From NCBI RefSeq assembly GCF_009914755.1, contig NC_060932.1: DNA of 64,000 nucleotides; one strand, 5' to 3'. The first letter of the stretch is position 1, and each line of letters starts with the position of its first letter. The translations under genes were made by a program, and so were the position numbers. Shown piece after piece: positions 1 to 12,496 of this stretch. The notes under the pieces are model-generated. The model searched no databases, was not told where the DNA came from, and saw nothing but the letters and a program-made list of their open reading frames with translations. Source of the stretch: the human T2T-CHM13v2.0 reference genome, Homo sapiens.

Positions 1-485
1 TAGTAAAGAAACTGATCATTTGGTTTAGTGATACCCAGATCATTGGTGAACTTGACAAAAGCCATTTCAATAGAGTGGTGGGGTGGATAATTGTGGGTAG
101 GAAAGTGGAGATAGTAACTCTAGAGAAAATTTTGCTGTGAGGAGAAGTAGAGAAACTGAGTGAGAGTTAAAGGTATTATGCTGTCTTGCAAATGGTTTCT
201 TTTAAGATCTCAGAGCATATTTGTATGCTGATGAGAGCAGTCCAACAGAGAGGGAGAAATTGATTAAAGAAGGAAGTTTCAGGAGTAAAGTATTTGAGAT
301 AGTAAAAGAGCATGAGTTGCAGAGACCAAGTAGTGGAGAGGGGCTGGTCTTCCAGATAAACTGAGACACATGATCTATAGTAACAGCGGGAAGAAAACAG
401 AGAGCATGGGTCTTGATAAGTCTGGGTTGGTAGATTTGAGAGTGGAGAGCTGAAGGAGGTTCTTCCTGTTTGATTGTTTCTAGAT
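1..485 (-). mobile_element. L2 LINE fragment (RT region, degenerate)
   Basis: The reverse complement of ~21-83 translates to PHHSIEMAFVKFTNDL, a decayed L2 RT motif (HHSTETALVKVTNDL). The purine-rich flank is typical of antisense L2. Confidence 0.75.
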
Positions 486-837
486 GCAATGTATTAACAT
501 GCTCTGGTTTTGTGAAGGTGCCATAACTTGAAATCTGCTACTAAAGTTACAAAAGACTTCTGTATGAGTTCAGTTGACTTAGAAGAATGCTGAAATCCAT
601 AATTAAAGTTAGATTTTTCCTGGGAGATAGTTTTATTATAGATGAGCGATTTATTTTACAATTAATAAAACAACAAGGGAACAAGAGTATTTTGTGAAAA
701 GCAGGCCACAATTTTTTATGTCTGTGATCCATCCTTCAGTAAGCAGTGTAGTTAGAGATTAGTACATTCAAAGTAGTACTCAAAACAAAAAATAGTATAC
801 TTGTAAGTACCATAAGAAAACCAAATCAAAAATATTA

Positions 838-895
838 ATCCATGTTGTCACAAATGACAGGATTCCCTTCTTTTTTAAGGCAGAAAGTTATTCAA
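838..895 (-). mobile_element. Short L1M (L1MA/MB-like) 3' fragment
   Basis: atccatgttgtcacaaatgacaggattcccttcttttttaaggc matches the antisense L1M 3' region. Confidence 0.6.
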
Positions 896-1318
896 TTTTT
901 GAAAAGTACATCAACAAGAAAGCATAAATTGTCAAAATCATTGCATCTATAAAGATTCATATTTAAATACAAATTTCTCAGAGAAATGGAAATCATTATG
1001 GTCTTTCAGCAATAAAGAGATTGTCGACTCAATATTGATGTAATGGTCACCATGGGTACTCATATTTCCATCACAACTTTTACCTTTGTGCCTCAAAACC
1101 TCAGTTGAACCAGAAGAGAATGGAAGAAAGAGAAAGAGGGAGGGAGGAAGGAAGACTATTTTCTTTTTTCCTTCTAAGATAGTTTTTTGAGAAGCTTTTT
1201 CTCCCTCATATCCTGTCTGTTTCAAAAGAGAATTTGAAATAGCTTCAAAAAATACAAACTGTACAATAAGAAAATAAATAATATGGAAAAAACGAAGACC
1301 AATCCCGAGGTAACAGAA

Positions 1319-1714
1319 AGATATAGTTTGGATACTTGTCCCCTTCGAATTTCATGTTGAAATTTGATTCCCAGTGTTGGAGGTGGGGCCTGGTAAGAAG
1401 TGTTTGGGTCATGGGGGAGGATCTCTCATGAATGGCTTGGTGCTGTCCTCCCAGGGTAACGGGTTTTTGTTCTATTAGTTCCAATAGGATTGTTAAAAAG
1501 AGGCTGGCGACCCCTGCCCTCTTTCTTGTTCCCTCTCCCACCGTGTGACACTCAGGCTGTCTGCCCTGAGTGGAAGCTTCCTGAAACTCTCACCAGAAAC
1601 AGATTCTGGCTCCATGCTTCTTGAAGAGCCTGCAAAACCATGAGCCAAATACACCTCTTTATAAATTACCCAACTTTAGTTATTGCTTTATAGCAATTCA
1701 GATGGACTAAGACA
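1319..1714 (+). mobile_element. MSTB-like MaLR solo LTR
   Basis: Starts gatatagtttggatacttgtcccc...catgttgaaatttgattcccagtgttggaggtggggcc and ends ...gctttatagcaattcagatggactaagaca, matching both MST LTR termini. Confidence 0.9.
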
Positions 1715-2229
1715 TAGAGTTTACGTAGAAGGCAACTGACTCAAATTCAGTACGGTTGCTGGAGGTGGGCTTCCTGGAACCCAAAGTAAAGAAGTAAATT
1801 CTGTCAATTACACAAAAGCACAACATCATACAGTAAAGAGACTTTTTTTCCCAGCATAAATATATCTGTTTCTGTTTTCTTTCATGTTTATTTATGAGGG
1901 AAGTGCCATGTAATATCCTTTGCTATATTAAGTTAATATAGCTAATTGAGTTAATGTTTCTTAAACTCCAGAATTTTAATATGTATTTTTCTTGTCATAA
2001 TGGGCTCATTGTGAAAAAATTAGAAAGACAAGGAAAGAAGCAAACTTAATTGGGTTCATTTCTTCTACCTTTAGTACTTTTTCTATTTTCAGGTAGTAAA
2101 TCTTATTTAATTTTTTAAAATTAAGTAGAAATAAGCAGATGACATTTTGTATTTTTATTTTTTCCTGATAAAAATAAAACACAGTTTTAAAACAGAAATT
2201 TGAGAAGTGCAGGAAAACAGAAAAAAGTA

Positions 2230-3220
2230 AGTGTTTCTACATAGCAAAAGAAATGATCAACAGAGTAAACAGACAACCTACAGAATAGGAGAAAATATTT
2301 GCAAACAATGATTCCAACAAAGGTCTAATATCCGGAATCTAGAAGGAACTTAAATTAACAAGCAAAAAACAACCCCATTAAAAGTGGGCAAAGGATACGA
2401 ACAGTTTTCAAAAAAGACACACAGGCAGCCAACAAGCATATGAAAAAATGGTCAACATCACTAATCATTAGAGAAATACCAATCAGAACCACAATAAAAT
2501 ACCATTTCACACCAGTCAAGGCTATTATTATAATATCAAAAAATAACAGATGCTGGTGAGGTTGTAGAGAAAAAGGAATGCTTATATACTGCTGGTGGGA
2601 GTGTAAATTAGTTCAGCTATTGTGGAAAGTAGTGTGGTGATTCCTCAAAGAACTAAAAACAGAGTTACTATTTGTCTCAGCAGTCCCATTTTTGGGTATA
2701 TACCCCAAGGACTATACATTTTTCTATCAGAAAGACACATACACATATATGTTTATTGCAGCACTGTTCACAATAGCAAAGACATGGAATCAACATAAAT
2801 GCCCATAAATGGTATCCAGGATACAGAAAATGTGGTACATATACACCATGGAATACTATGCAATAAAAAAAAATGAGATTGTGTTATTTGCGGCAACATG
2901 GATGGAGTTGGAGATCATTATCCTTAACAAACTAACACAGGAACGGAAAACCAAATACTGCATGTTTTCACTTTTAAGTGGGAACTAAACGATGAGAACC
3001 AATGGGCACAAAGAGGGGAACAACAGACACTGAGGCCTACTTGAGGGAAGAGGCTAGAAGGAAGGAGAGGATCAGGAAAAGTAACTATTGGGTACTATGC
3101 TTAGTACCTGTGTGATGAAATAATCTGTACACCAAACCCCCATGACATGAGTTTACCTATATAACAAACCTGCACGTGTCACCCTTGAAGCTAAAATAAA
3201 CATTAAAAGGAGAAAAAAAA
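2230..3220 (+). mobile_element. 5'-truncated L1 (L1PA13-16/L1PB-like): ORF2 3' end, 3'UTR and A tail
   Basis: From 2731 it translates KDTYTYMFIAALFTIAKTWNQHKCP* (ORF2 C-terminal motif with a premature stop). It has an L1 3'UTR (gggtactatgcttagtacctg...aacaaacctgcac), AATAAA, an A-rich tail, and a probable aaaaaagta target-site duplication. Confidence 0.93.
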
Positions 3221-3526
3221 GTATGAAACACTCAAATCCCAGTGCTAGTTTTTTCCTTGCTTTTGAGAACAGTTTAAAGTAAAAACTAAAATTTCTCCCT
3301 TTCCTTTAACTCTATCAATCTATTCCCTAGAGCTGATACCTATTATCAGTCTAGCATATGTATACATTAAAAACTATAATATAGATATATGTTATTTAGA
3401 CACACATATTGGTGAGCATTTTTTTTCACACAAATAGTAACAAGTATGTGTGTGGGTGTACATGTGCATTTTCTGCAATATGCTTCTTTTCACATAACAA
3501 GTTATGACTTTCTGTCCAAGCCAGCA

Positions 3527-4054
3527 CAGTAGTCCCCATTTATGGGAGGTTTTGTTTTCTGGGCTTTGCTTTCTGTGGTTTCAGTTATCAGCGGTCAACC
3601 ATGGCCTAAGAATATTAAATGGAAAATTCCGGAAATAAACAATTCATCAGTTTCAAATTGTGTGTCACTCTGAGTAGCACGGTGAAATCTCACACCATCC
3701 CACCCAGGACGTGAATGCTCCCTTTGTCCAGTGTATTCACACTGTACACACTCTGCATCGGTGAGTCGCCCAGTAGCCATTTTGGTTATATCAACTTTCT
3801 CTGAATTGCAGTGCTTGTGTTCAAGTCACCCTTATTTTACATAATAGCCTCAAAGCACAAGAATAGTGATGTTGGCATATTGTTATAATTGTTTTATTTT
3901 ATTGTTAGTCTATGTGCCTACTTTATAAATTTTATCATAGGTATGTATGCATAGGAAAAACATAATATATATGGGATTTCAGTACTAAGCTACTGTTTCA
4001 GGACCTACACTGAGGGTCTTGGAACGTATACCCTGAAGATAAGGGGGACTACTG
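3527..4054. mobile_element. MER44B-like (Tigger7-derived) DNA transposon
   Basis: Terminal inverted repeats cagtagtcccc...ggggactactg followed by TA. The internal sequence aaatggaaaattccggaaataaacaattcat matches MER44. Confidence 0.9.
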
Positions 4055-4059
4055 TACAG

Positions 4060-4330
4060 GTTAACTAGCCTTTTCCATTTTCACAGCTGCATGGTATGAA
4101 CTGGGTTGTTATTTAACCATCTTCCATTCATAGATATTTGAGATGTTTTTCCTAATTGACATAAACATTGCTGAAGTAGACGTCATTATACATGTATTTT
4201 GGTGTACATGGGTTGGCATTCCTACAAGACCAAATCCTAAAATTGATATGGCCCACTAATGATTCTACACATTCATAATTTTGAGAGACAATGCCGAACT
4301 CCAAAAAGTTTGAACCACTTTTACTCCCCA
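4060..4330 (-). mobile_element. Old L1ME-type fragment (probably continuous with ~3290-3520 across the MER44 insertion)
   Basis: Degenerate antisense L1M motifs such as gctgcatggtat, atttaaccat and aaatcctaaaattgatatggc. Confidence 0.5.
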
Positions 4331-4429
4331 GGGTACAGAGTTAAAATTCCCCAAACCCTGCAATTTAGTGTTGTATTTAACAAACGCTCATGTTTTAATG
4401 TACCCATTTTTATGTGCATTAAACCCTCC

Positions 4430-4830
4430 TTGAAACTCTCTGTCGCTGTTAGCTCTCTAATCTTTACTGAGTTACTGACTCTCTGTGCTTTAGCTTTCTG
4501 CTGCTTATAATGGCAGTATCAATGGGTTTTTATTTTGTTTTGTTATTTTATTTTTGTTTTATAATTTGTTGCTTTGTATTAAATAAAACAGTGTAAAATG
4601 TTAGGATTGCAGCTGGCATATTAAAAGAGTCAGAAAATGCTATTACAGTGCAGTAGCGAAAAGTGCCATTTGTGGAGTCAGACACTCATGGTCATATTCC
4701 AGCTTAACAATATACCAGCTGTCTTGATGTCTCTGTATCTAGTACCAAACCCCAAGGGTTGTTCTGAGATTAAATCGGGATGCTTTGGAAGAGTCTCTAC
4801 CACTCAGTACATTCTTAAATGTTTGTGATT
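4430..4830 (+). mobile_element. MIR fragments
   Basis: Core-like gagttactgactctctgtgctttagctttc and 3' part agggttgttctgagattaaatcgggatg. Confidence 0.5.
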
Positions 4831-4879
4831 AATAAATATTATTACTATGGAGCTTAATTATTTAACAATCTTGAATTTC

Positions 4880-6320
4880 CAAAGTTCTCACTACTGCTAT
4901 AAAGAAACATATTTAAACTGAGTACCTATTTCTGATTATTTCTCTAGACTAGAATCCTAGAAGTGACATTTCTGAATCAAAGAATGTGCATTATTTTAAG
5001 CTTTTTGATAGATTATATTCAAATTTCTCTCCAGAAAATTTGTGTATTTGTTACTTTTACCAATTTATACTCTTATCAGCAGTGGACAATCCAGGATCTA
5101 TCTCAATACAACCCTGGCAGTGTTCAAAGGTAATGTTGATTTTTTTTCTCTTTTCCAACCTGATAGTAAAATTAGTAACTCAGTGTTGTTTTTATCTGCA
5201 TTCCTATGAGTACTAGAGAAGTTAAACCATTTTTCCCCAGGTAGCTGTCATTTGTATTTTTTTTCTGTGAAATATCGATAGTATTTTTTCTAGTGTTTAA
5301 CCGGGTTTAATTTTTATTTATCACTTCAGAAAATAATTTTAGATGTTAACCTGGCTCTAACAATATTGCATAGCATAAATATTCAATTACACCTTTCTAA
5401 GAGTCCTTTATGTCCTTCTTGCTAATTGCTCAAATTCTTCAGTTTCTCAGTTTTGTATTCCTTACAGAATGGTCTTATAATCAAGCTCATATTTTTGAAC
5501 CTAATGATACAGGACAGAATATAGAAGACTATATATCTTATAAATTATATGTCTTGATTCAAGTATTATAGTCAGAGAAATAGTGACGACATGGTGTAGA
5601 AGATGACTGTGCCTTTTCTGTTATTTGTACAATAGGTAGCACCCCTAAATTGGGGAATATGCAGACACTGTAAAACATGTCTAGTTTTATATTAAACAGT
5701 ATTGACTTTTTTCCTAGTCAACTTCTTCAACATCATTATTGAATAATTTATTTCTTTTCTTTATTCTTGTATGCATCTTTTGTCCCATATTAAATTCTCC
5801 TATACACTAAGATGTGTTTTGAGTTTGTATATTCTATTACATTGATCTGTCAATTCTTATGCCAGTTACATGTTTTAATTAATTTTTACTTCTAATTCGT
5901 AATTATTGCAGGCAACTATCTTTTTATCTAGTTTTTCACAAAATTGCTTTAATTATTATTTTTGACGTTAATTCAAGATGAAATATAGAGGAATTTTTTA
6001 AAGGCTTCTGTAAATAAGAATCTCATTGAAATGGTCAAATGTGTACATTACTTTGGAAGAATTTTATATTCTTCCCAATGCTATTAATTTCTTGTAATGT
6101 TGTATTATGGTCCGTGATTATCACTAGTGAAATAGTTCTTCTTTTTTAATTTATTATGATCATCTTTGTGGCCTTGAAATGGTTAATTTTTGTAAATGTT
6201 CTAAGGATACTTAAAGGAGAAAATTCTCTTGAAGTTCCAGAAGTTGGAAATATTTGCAGTGGTACAACCATATCAATTTTATTATTCAAATTTTCTTTAT
6301 CCCTATTTTTAGACTTTGTG
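4880..6320 (-). mobile_element. Old L1M/L1ME ORF2-3' region, degenerate
   Basis: T-rich antisense L1 motifs, e.g. aatcctagaagtgacatttctgaatcaaagaatgtgc and tattctattacattgatctgtc. Confidence 0.6.
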
Positions 6321-6324
6321 TTAC

Positions 6325-7215
6325 CAAAAAAAATCTAAACATTTTCAGAAGCACATAAGATAGTATCATAAGCCTCCTTTTTTCCACACCCAGTCTTTAT
6401 AATTACTAGCTCACAAGTTTTGTTTCATCCTTACCCTTAATATGTTCCCCATTCCTGAATGATTTTAAAGTAAATCCTAGACACCATATAATTTTATTTA
6501 TAATTGTTTAGTATATGTCTCTAAAATATAAAGACTTATTAAAAATATCACAAAATTATTATTGCACCTAAACAAAACTAACAATAACAACTTAATATCA
6601 ACTATCTCCCAGCCAGTGTTCACATTTCCAATTGTCTCATAATTTTTTCTCTATCTTTTTAAAATAGTTAGAATAAAGATCTAAAAGTTCAAGCAGCATG
6701 AATGCATTTTATGTCTCCCACTTAAAAAAAAAACTATAGATTCCTCCTTCATTTCCTGAGGTTTTTTGTCTTTTATTTGTAGAAGGAATTAGATTGATTG
6801 TTTTATGGTCTAACAGTGTGGATTTTGCTGATTTCATCCCTGTGTTCTGGTTTAAAATGTTCCTCTGTCGTCTATACTTGCTGTAATTTGGTAATTAGAT
6901 ATAAACACGTGATTGGATTCAGGTTTAATTTCTGTTTTAAGCCACGCTGCTTCACAGGGTGTGGTGTGTCCTTCCATCAGGAGCCACATAGTACTGGGAT
7001 GTTGCTCTTTGTGATGTTAGAGGTCTCTAATCATTGTGCAGCTCTGGTATCCTGTTAGGAGTTGCTAAGTGGTGATCTTTTTATTTCATCATTTCTTCTT
7101 CTGTTCTAGGAAGACTTATAAAGTGAAAATTTCCCTCATCCTCCTTTTAGTTACCTTGAGGTACAATCCATGTAGAAAAACATATAGAAAAATACTTGAG
7201 TCTTTTCCTTCATTT
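6325..7215 (-). mobile_element. L1MC4/L1MC5-like 3' end
   Basis: aaagtaaatcctagacaccatataattttatt...tagtatatgtctctaaaa and cagtgttcacatttccaattgtctc are L1MC-type 3'UTR motifs. Confidence 0.65.
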
Positions 7216-7499
7216 GTCACTCTTTTAAAATCTATTTTAAATATTCAAAGTTGAATGAGACTTTAGTTTCTAAAGATGGCACTTCTGTGCACTTCTTAAA
7301 TTTCTAGCAGTTTTTGCTTCAAATAATGAAGGTACTATTTGGCACGCAACTTTTGTTATACCTTTATTAATCAGAATTTATATCCTTTGTCTGATGAAGT
7401 TAGGGAAGGAGGTCTGAATTTTATTTTGTCTGAAATTAGCATCACATTCTTACTTGGATTTTAATTAAATATGTCTGACAAATTGTTGCCCATATTTCT

Positions 7500-8390
7500 C
7501 TTCCTTTTTTATTACAAATTATACATTCCCATTGAAAAATTCAAATTATACATAATTTTATATGATGAAAACTAAAATATTGCACTCCTGATGTTTACTC
7601 ATCAAGAAGAAATGTTTAATAGTTTGATGTATGTGCTTTTAGATATTTTCTATATACATATAGATTTTAAAAGAGTGACAAATGAAGGAAAACACTCAAG
7701 TATTTTTCTATATGTTTTTCTATATGGATTGTACCTCAAGGTAACTAAAAGGAGGATGAGGGAAATTTTCACTTTATAAGTCTTCCTAGAAGGGAAGAAG
7801 AAATGATGAAATAAATGTACATGCACATACGTTTCTGAAAAAAATGGAATCCTATTTATATAATATTCTACAATTTACATTCTGCCTTGGTATAGATCAT
7901 GAATCTTTTCTCAGCAGATGTCCATTGAACACATTCTTGTAGTGGGTACATTGTGTTTCATAGTATGGATCTACTATAGTACGTTTTACCAGTCTGCTCT
8001 TAATGAGCAAGATTTTATTCTTATAAATTATATGACACAAATATTCCTGTATGGATGCACTTGTATGAGTATTTCCAAAAAATAGAAATGGCTTCTAAGA
8101 GTATACATATTTTAATTATTTTTAAGTACTGAACAATTGCTTTCTAAAGGGGTGGTATTTATTTCCTCTAAGTATGAGTGTGCTCTTTCCCCCACACTCT
8201 TACCAATACAGTTTATATTCATTCTTTCAAAATGTTTGTTGATTTGATAGGGAAAAAATGGTGGCTCATTATTTAATTTGCATTTTCCTGATTACTCATG
8301 TGGTCAGAAATTTTTATTTGCTCTACTGCACTTATATTTCTTCTTTGAATTATCAGTTCACATCCTTTACTTGTATGTTTTCATAGGTAT
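7500..8390 (-). mobile_element. L1ME-type fragments
   Basis: ctttcccccacactcttaccaataca and tttaatttgcattttcctgattact match antisense L1M ORF2 end/3'UTR. Confidence 0.6.
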
Positions 8391-8793
8391 TTTATTGTCA
8401 AGTTGGCAGAAATTTTGGTTTGTGTCTACCCACCAGGTACAAGCTTAACCTGAAAGGGTGATCAAGGATTTGGTCATTGTAGGCTAGCAGAGAGTTCAAA
8501 CTTGACATAATCTGGCAAGAATGTAAAGTGTAAATATTTTCTGTTGATAGGTGAAGGTATAGCCTTATGTTTTGGTGAACAACCAAAGGAAAGAAAGGTT
8601 AATCTTTTATGAAAACTCAAGAGCCTACTTGGGGCACACACAAATGTAAGCAGAAGGTTCTTTTCTCTTAATTCACCTCACAAAGGATGGTACAAAAGTA
8701 GGTCATGGTGATATATGTGACTAGTACCAGTATTTTCCCTGGGGAACAGTTCTGAATTTGATGCCTGTAGTCCCAGGGTAATTTCCTATGAAG

Positions 8794-8987
8794 TAGGAGT
8801 AGCAAAAGTGTGGCATGCATACCAGGGCTTCCCTATCCTGTTCCCATGGCAGACATCACTAGTCAATCATGGCAGTCTTTCCTCTTGAACTTACGTATAA
8901 CTATCATAGGCTTTTTCATCATAGTTTGCTAGACTTGTCTCTAATTAATGTTCATAGACAATAAAATGAATTGATTTACAGTCCCTG
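8794..8987 (-). mobile_element. MER117-like hAT-Charlie relic, with a short MER94-like piece just upstream (~8708-8790)
   Basis: cccatggcagacatcactagtcaatcatggcagtctttcc matches the recalled reverse complement of MER117; ends ...tccctg. Confidence 0.55.
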
Positions 8988-8999
8988 TTGTGTACCCAT

Positions 9000-9125
9000 G
9001 CTCATTAGAATTTAAACTCCAGTAGATCATGGATTTATCTGTCTTGCTTTTTTTATGCTTACAACAATGCCCGGAGCACACTAGGCACTCAATAAACGTT
9101 TGTTGAATGAATGAACAAATAATGC
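9000..9125 (+). mobile_element. L2 3' end
   Basis: ctaggcactcaataaacgtttgttgaatgaatgaa is the canonical L2 terminus. Confidence 0.85.
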
Positions 9126-12100
9126 ATTTAGACAGAAATTTTCCAAAACGAATTCAAATATTCTTCATAGTACAATAAAATTCTAATAAGCATTCATGAT
9201 ATAGCTATTTCTGAACATTTTAACTTTGTAGTCACTAGTTCTAAGGTTATTGAGGGAAATCTTTGATTTTGATGCTATTTAGATATTGAGGGGTTTTTTT
9301 GGTCAGAGTATCTTTTTTTATTAACTTGAAAATAGAATTCTTTTGAGTGGCTGTGAACAATAGCAATTACAACAGAAACATTCATGGGAATTCCTGTATT
9401 TTCAAACACTTCCAGCATCATCAGTATGATTAGCATTTTCTAGTTCTATTCCTCCTGAATTTACAATTTGACTTTAGATCAAATTTGGCAGTAGGTATGA
9501 CTGTGACTAAATTGAACTTGATGGTAAAACTTATACCCTATTTTTCTAAGGTCAACATCTTTTCTGATCCGTTCATAAATGTTAGGCTGGGAAATGTGCT
9601 TTTAAGGTGGCTTGAGCAAGGGGCATGCAAGGTTTTCTTTCTTTCTTCTTTTTTTTTTTTTTCTTTTGTTTTCACTGAAGCTTTGGTGCTGACACAGATC
9701 AGGGAAATCAGGAATTGCAGCAACTTTATTTGTATTGCTTGAAAATTGTAGCTCAATACAAAATTCAGTAAGGTAGGAAAAGGGATGGAAAATAAAAGAA
9801 AACCATGTCTTCCAGAAAACAGGAAACAGTTCAGTTATGTGAGAGGGTGGCAGATTTTCTCTCAAGAAGCCCCATTATATATGGCCACTTAGTCTATATC
9901 CTCAGCTGGGTTAATTTTCTGGACCCTGGTTACCTTCTTCATCAATCTTATTTGAAAATTAACAGTGTCTCAAACATTCATTTTCAAATCATCTCTCACA
10001 ATTGTATAAATGTTTCTACTTTACAAAGTGGGAAATGTCTCTGGGTGCATTCATTTAATTCCATTAGGTGGGTGTTTCTGTCATTATTTGGATGCAAAAA
10101 AAGAAAAGAAAGAAAAGAAAAAGAAAGACTACAACAACGAGACCTGGTAAGGAAGAGCCCTTTGCCATGTGATTGCATGGCTGCTAAGTGGCAAAGCTGT
10201 GTTCTTCCAACTCCAAATCAAATGCACTTTCCAATAAACCAATTCTCCCTGAAATCACATAACTGTGACTATTTTTTAAAAAGGAAAAAAAAGAGGGGGT
10301 ACAAGAAGAACGTAGAAAGGAGAAATTTTATGGCCATTTAAAAATGAATGCAAAAATGACTACAGTGGGTAGTTAGGTACTTCCTCTGTGAGGGTTTTAT
10401 TTTTAAGCATCTCGTGAATTACTGAATGCTTCTTATTCTTTTTTTGTGACTACCTTCACTGCTCTCCTCTTTGTTGAAGCTTTGGTGGCTAAGAGCGAAG
10501 CACCTCTTCCTTACAACTGAGCTCAATTTGCAGTTCAGATCATTTCCTTGCTAGAAGTGAAAATAGCACTCTAATAACTTGGTGGCAGTAACCATTTGAC
10601 CAGGCATGCATAGTAATCATTAGATTATTTATGCCTTCTATAGCAAAATGTAATCCAAAGATATTTACAATCCTGTCGTCCTAGTAATTAATCTATAAAA
10701 TCATGCAACTGTAATTGCTTGGAATCTCGAAGAACATGTAATTATTTTGCATTCCTTAGTGGTAGTAGCATGATTATTTTAGTATAGATGAACTCCCGTT
10801 TCACAGAGACCGAGTCTGTCTAATATCCAGAAATTTGGATTTCTAAATGATGAACATTTCATTTTTCAGGAATCTCTCTTGGCTATGAAATAACTGAAAG
10901 CCTTGAAGACTAGTTTTTATTGCAAAATGGGAAACACCTTGATAAGTACACTGAAGAACTCTTAAAATCTTCAATTTGAAATCAATCCTCAAGAGGCAGA
11001 GCCTGGGGATTGGGAAAATGTTTACTTTTGGCATGAATAATCTGTCTCTCTATGGCAAGGTGCAGTGTTTGTGGTTTTGTGAAATCAAACTGATTCACAT
11101 TCTTCCTGAGAATGGAGTAAGGACTCTCGAGACATAGCACTCTGGCTTAGAGAGCTTTCAAACCTATGCATGAAGACTCAGGTATCTCCTTTTTCTTTGA
11201 AAGTTCAAATGATTTAAACAGGATAGCAGCACTGATTGTGGTATATGCTGATGTCAGTATCAAAATTAAAACCAGCTTATCTTAACGGAAACGAAAGAAT
11301 CTGGATACTTCTATTAACTGAAAATCAATCCTTTCATGTGATTCAATTAAAAGCATCAATAAAAATCTTATTTCAAAAGTCACAAGTAGAGTATCTACCA
11401 ATATAGCACATACCATAGATAGAAAACTGCTCAACCCCCTCTGAATCGTCGCCTGTTTTAATAAGTATTCAGAAATTATACTCAGACTTCAAAAGAAATT
11501 GTAAGGAATTGTTAGCAGGTTTATTAATGTTTTATGTTTTATTAAAAGTTTGGGTGTACATTTCACAATGAGCAACATCAAAAATCAGACTTTCTGCCTG
11601 TAATTTTGCTTCCTCCTGTCTTTCTGCCTTTGGGATTCACTCTTTTCCTTTCATCAGCTGCCATTTTCAGCAGCATGCAGTAATTTCATGGCTCATTGCA
11701 AGCGCTGAAAACCTTTGAAACCACAAATGCTAACCTACCTGGCCTGCAGCCATTTAGGAAGAGATTAATTTAGCAAACAGAAGCAAAACACTTTCTACTT
11801 CTAGCCTGTGCATAATTTCACTTCTATCTATATTTATTTTACAGTGAGCAGCGTAATGACAATTTCAGTAATTGCAACTCTATAAAAATTTGCCTACCTA
11901 GCTTATCTCACTATCACAAGACTGTGAGTCAGTCAGATTAGAAAAAGTACAGCATGTGAAACAGCACTGGTTGCCTTCCAAAAATATGGGCCTTCTATAA
12001 AAACTCAAGTGATGCTTTGCACTTGTTTGCGTTCTTATCTATTGGGTAATGGTTTCTTCCCGATGTTTTGATTGGGACGTGTGCATTCCTCTTTAATTCA

Positions 12101-12450
12101 TAGTGATTTATGGGGGCACCCTCCTTACTAACAGACAAACGTATTTGGAAGAGTAGAAGTGCCAGCCCATTTCTGCAGACTTTGTTATAAATGGCTGTTA
12201 TGTTGCTGTCGAGCAATTTGAACAGAAGAGAAAGTCCATCTGGGGCAAATTTAAGCTATCGTGCTTGGAAGGATTTCAAGGACTAAATTAGCCCACAAAC
12301 TGTTAGCTAAAAATAAAAGTTTTATTGTTTGTTGTCTAACTTAAAAATCCCACCATTGAAATTAACACCAATTACATCTACTGTATATGTGTATGTATAG
12401 ATTCCCCTAAGGGATCATTTGTTGCTTCCATTTATTCATTTGTGTAGTGC

Positions 12451-12452
<2 letters not shown>

Positions 12453-12494
<42 letters not shown>

Positions 12495-12496
12495 AC
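12453..12496. repeat. (CA)n microsatellite
   Basis: Seen directly; one AG interruption near the end. Confidence 0.98.

Noticed and set aside
2060-2098. AG|GT as a recursive splice site
   Set aside because: The reconstituted donor GTAGTA lacks +4A/+5G and the pyrimidine tract is interrupted by another AG; too weak alone.
2230-3220. L1 ORF2 as a coding region
   Set aside because: It is 5'-truncated with in-frame stops; a dead retrotransposon fragment.
9805-10341. Longest ORF in the track (178 aa)
   Set aside because: It runs through A-rich low-complexity tracts (KKRKERKEK) and has no recognisable domain; compatible with chance in a 64-kb six-frame scan.
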